From an uncultured Chloroflexia bacterium (GTDB lineage Bacteria; Chloroflexota; Limnocylindria; Limnocylindrales; CSP1-4), in the NCBI GenBank assembly GCA_963809375.1, contig CAWEJO010000002.1, positions 31,072 to 95,071 on the forward strand: 64,000 nt of DNA, given 5' to 3'. Every line of letters begins with the position of its first letter. Within the stretch, counting starts at the first letter, position 1. The notes beneath the pieces were generated by a model, which ran no database searches, was not told the DNA's origin, and saw only the letters and a list, made by a program, of their open reading frames with translations. Position numbers and translations under genes: made by a program. Below, piece by piece: positions 61,236 through 64,000 of the stretch.

Positions 61236-61314
61236 CCTGGTCGCCGCCGGGACGATCCCAGCCGCGTGGCTGCCAGCGCGACGCATTCCGAGCCGCACTA
61301 TCCCAGTGCGTGGC

Positions 61315-63109
61315 TCACGGCCGGGGTGATGCGGCCGGCGACGAGGTCGGCGTCGCAGGAGTCGTCGGCCGGGACGATCCCGACGGGGCGGGCGATGGCC
61401 CGGACGATGCCGATGCGCGCGGAGATCCGGCCGGCGAGGGCGGCACGGACGCGGCGGCCGAGGGCGAGGGCCCGGCCGATCCCGAAGGTTGGACCGACGA
61501 CGACGGCCCGGCCGAGGCGGACGGATGGACCGACGACGACGGCCCGGTCGATGGCGCGATCGAGGGCGATGGAACGCTCGATGCCGAAGGCGCGGCCGAC
61601 GCCGACGGCGTGGCCGACTCGAGTGGGCTCGCCGAGGCGATCGGAGACGCGGATGGAGCAAGCTCATCGCTCGCACCGGTCGCCGATGGCCGAGCCTCGG
61701 CCGCGGCCGAGCGCAATCCCAGGCCGCCGGCGCCCACGGCCATCGCGAGGGCGGCCAGGACGAGCACGCCGAATGCCCGGAGCGGCGCCCGGTTCAGTCG
61801 CAGGATCGCCCGCGCGTCGCGCGCCGCACCCGCGGCCGGGACACGCGGGACCTCGCGCGGCGCGGCGGTCACCGTGGCGCTCGGCCGCCGGACACCGAGG
61901 GCCACGACGCGACCGACTGCGAGAGCGGTTCCAAGGCTCGCCGCATACCCGACAACCCCGAGGAGACCCCCCGTCGAGCCGTCGATGATCGCGGCGCGGG
62001 CATCCCACGCGGCGAGGCCGGGCCAGCCGATCCCCGCGACGGCGATGAGCACGAGCGATCCGGCGAGCACGGGAGCCCGGCGCACCCAGCCTCCCGTGTC
62101 CCGCAGCCGGCCGGTCCCGAAGACCGCCCGGAATGCGATCGCCCAGCCGAGCAGCGCACTTCGGCCCGCGATGAACACGACCAGCCACACGTGCACAGGC
62201 GCAGCCGCCTCGACCCGCAGGATCGCCAGGGCCAGCAGCGCGAAGCCGCTCTCCGCGACGATCGCGTAGCCGGCGACGTGGGCCACGTCGTCCTGCAGCA
62301 GGGCCGCCACCGACCCGAGCGTGAGCGTCACCGAGCCCCGCAGCGACCGCCAGGCCGCGCTCGATCGCGAGGCCGTCGGCGTAGCCGCCGATCGCCGGCA
62401 GCGCCCAGCCCAGCAGGACCACGCCCCAGGCGGCGGGCACGATCACGAGCAGGGCGGGAAGGTGTGCCGATGCGGCCGCGTCGCCCAGCCGGGCGACCCG
62501 GGCGTGGAACGGGATCGCCCCGAAGCGATGTGCGAGAACGACCGCGGCGGCCACGAGAATGAAGCCGGCCAGCGCCGGCTCGACGGGCAGCCCGCCGGCA
62601 CCCGATCCCGGCGTGCCGTCACCGAGGAGGGCGGTCGCGGCGAGGCCCACCAGGACCCCGACGACCACGCCGCGGGCCTCGCGCGTGAGCGCGGGGCGCC
62701 CCGCGTCGCCGCTCGACACGAGCGCGATCGCGGCGGCGGCCAGGCTGGCGGCGGCGACGAGCAGCAGCGCCACGCCGAAGTCCGAGCTCGCTGCGGCGAG
62801 CGTCACGCCGGCCACCGCCGCGAGAAGCGCCGGCGCGGCCGACGGATCGGGTCGATCGACCGCCGTGACCAGGATCACGAGCAGCCCGACGAGGAGTGCG
62901 ACGCCGCCCAGGGTCCGCGCGTACCGCGTCTGGACGAGGCCGATCCCCTCGAGCGTGAACGAGGCGGTGCCAGCAGCGGCGAGCAGGACGACCGCAGCGG
63001 CGATCAGGGCGACGATGCCCGCGACCACGCTGGCCGTCGGCCGGCGCACGAGGAGAAGCGATACCGCCATCCCCCCGGCCACGACGGCGAGGAACGGCAG
63101 GACGCTCAC
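61315..63109 (-). CDS. Divergent NuoN/HyfF/MrpD-like proton-conducting membrane protein with Ser/Pro-rich tail (frameshift at about 62335)
   Basis: RFGAIPFH, HVAGYAIVAESGFALL and GIGWPGLAAW resemble Proton_antipo_M motifs. Confidence 0.6.
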
Positions 63110-63744
63110 GCCGCGCCCTGCGCTCCCGAACCGGGATCCGCCGGTCGCCCCTCGCCGCTGCCCGCCAGCGCGGTCCCACCCGTGGTCCGCCCGGTGGGCA
63201 CCATGACGGCGACCGCGATCGCCAGGGCCACGAGGAAGACGCTCTCGGCGACCTCGTCCATCGCGGTCGGCGTGCCCCCGAGCGCCGCCCGCAGCATCAG
63301 CGTCCCGCAGGCGGCGACCAGCAGTCCGCCACCGATCCGGAACGGATCGCGCCCGAGCACGACGGGTGCCGCCGCGAGCACGAGCATGGCCAGGCCCGCG
63401 GCGACGGCGGCCTCAGGGCCGCTGCGCTGGACGACGGCCGGCGTGACGCCGAGGCCCGCCGCGAAGGCAGCCACCGCGGCGGCGACCGTGGCGCGGGCTC
63501 CGAGCGGCGTGCCCGCACCTGCCGGGACGCGGCGCACGGCGATCCGGACGACGTAGGCCGCGAGGATGCCGGCCACCACCCGGAACGCCATGGCGGCAGG
63601 CGGCGGCGGCGGCCCGACGACGAACGCGGATCCCGTCAGCACGACCGCCAGCCCGAGGCCGGCGAGACGCGCATCGCGGACGGCCACCGCGAGGACCCCG
63701 CCGGTCGTCACGATCAGCGCGGCCAGGAGGATGAACGGGTTCAC
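63106..63744 (-). CDS. Hypothetical multi-TM membrane protein (HyfE/NuoJ-like size and context)
   Basis: About 7 hydrophobic segments; GTGA overlap with the downstream gene. Confidence 0.5.
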   Translation of the reverse strand: MNPFILLAALIVTTGGVLAVAVRDARLAGLGLAVVLTGSAFVVGPPPPPAAMAFRVVAGILAAYVVRIAVRRVPAGAGTPLGARATVAAAVAAFAAGLGVTPAVVQRSGPEAAVAAGLAMLVLAAAPVVLGRDPFRIGGGLLVAACGTLMLRAALGGTPTAMDEVAESVFLVALAIAVAVMVPTGRTTGGTALAGSGEGRPADPGSGAQGAA

Positions 63745-64000
63745 GGCGTCGCGGGAGACGGCGACGCGACCGTTGGCGTCGCGGGGCCGGGCGCCGGAGT
63801 GCCGGGCGCCGTAGCTGCCGGCGCTCGTCACGTCGCCGTTGCCGACCGGCGGCGGGTAGGTCGGCGTCTGGAGGATCCCGAACGTGTCGAGCGGCCAGTA
63901 GCGCATCCAGGCCCGCCCGATCACGCTGTCCCGCAGGATCGGTCCGAACGATCGCGAATCGGACGACGCGGCGCGATGGTCGCCCATCACGAACAGCTGG
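63741..64000 (-). CDS. lepB: Signal peptidase I, 3' part
   Basis: QLFVMGDHRAASSDSRSFGPI...IGRAWMRYWP (box E); true stop uncertain. Confidence 0.85.

Noticed and set aside
1-64000. CRISPR array, tRNA/rRNA, integrase/transposase, prophage or defence island
   Set aside because: No repeat-spacer periodicity with unique spacers, no cloverleaf or rRNA signature, and no recombinase, phage or defence motifs recognised

Overview
Very GC-rich bacterial chromosomal window (roughly 74% by eye). Gene content is consistent with an uncultured Chloroflexota/Limnocylindria-like or Actinobacteria-like organism (inference). It is mostly housekeeping and envelope genes: feoAB, yyaL, tatA, TetR-DHA2 efflux, a ClpP-like protease, lhr-nei, a secreted RCC1-repeat protein and S8 protease, a REC-HD-GYP protein, GT87, NhaP, an M20 peptidase, an HtrA-like protein, azlCD, ggt, degV, gdh, a yxlEFG-like ABC module, coaX-coaBC-panB-panC, a BMP nucleoside ABC importer, an M16 peptidase, ndk, complex-I-like membrane proteins and the lepB 3' end. 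I see no rRNA, tRNA, CRISPR array, integrase or transposase. At least 12 genes carry single-base frameshifts, most likely long-read errors. The most notable signals are: (i) about 14 genes with a TANNNT -10 box exactly 6-7 nt before the start codon and no SD, pointing to pervasive leaderless expression; (ii) a DUF2089/DUF4097/SHOCT operon whose three proteins share one helical motif, with a small ORF and a palindromic operator; (iii) a COMMD-like orphan protein; (iv) an HtrA with catalytic Ser->Ala; (v) a NuoN-like protein apparently lacking its pumping residues; (vi) a LexA-like box before lhr-nei; (vii) an orphan with tandem beta-clamp-like motifs; (viii) a long structured leader before gdh. 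All family assignments come from motif recognition by eye, not from database searches.
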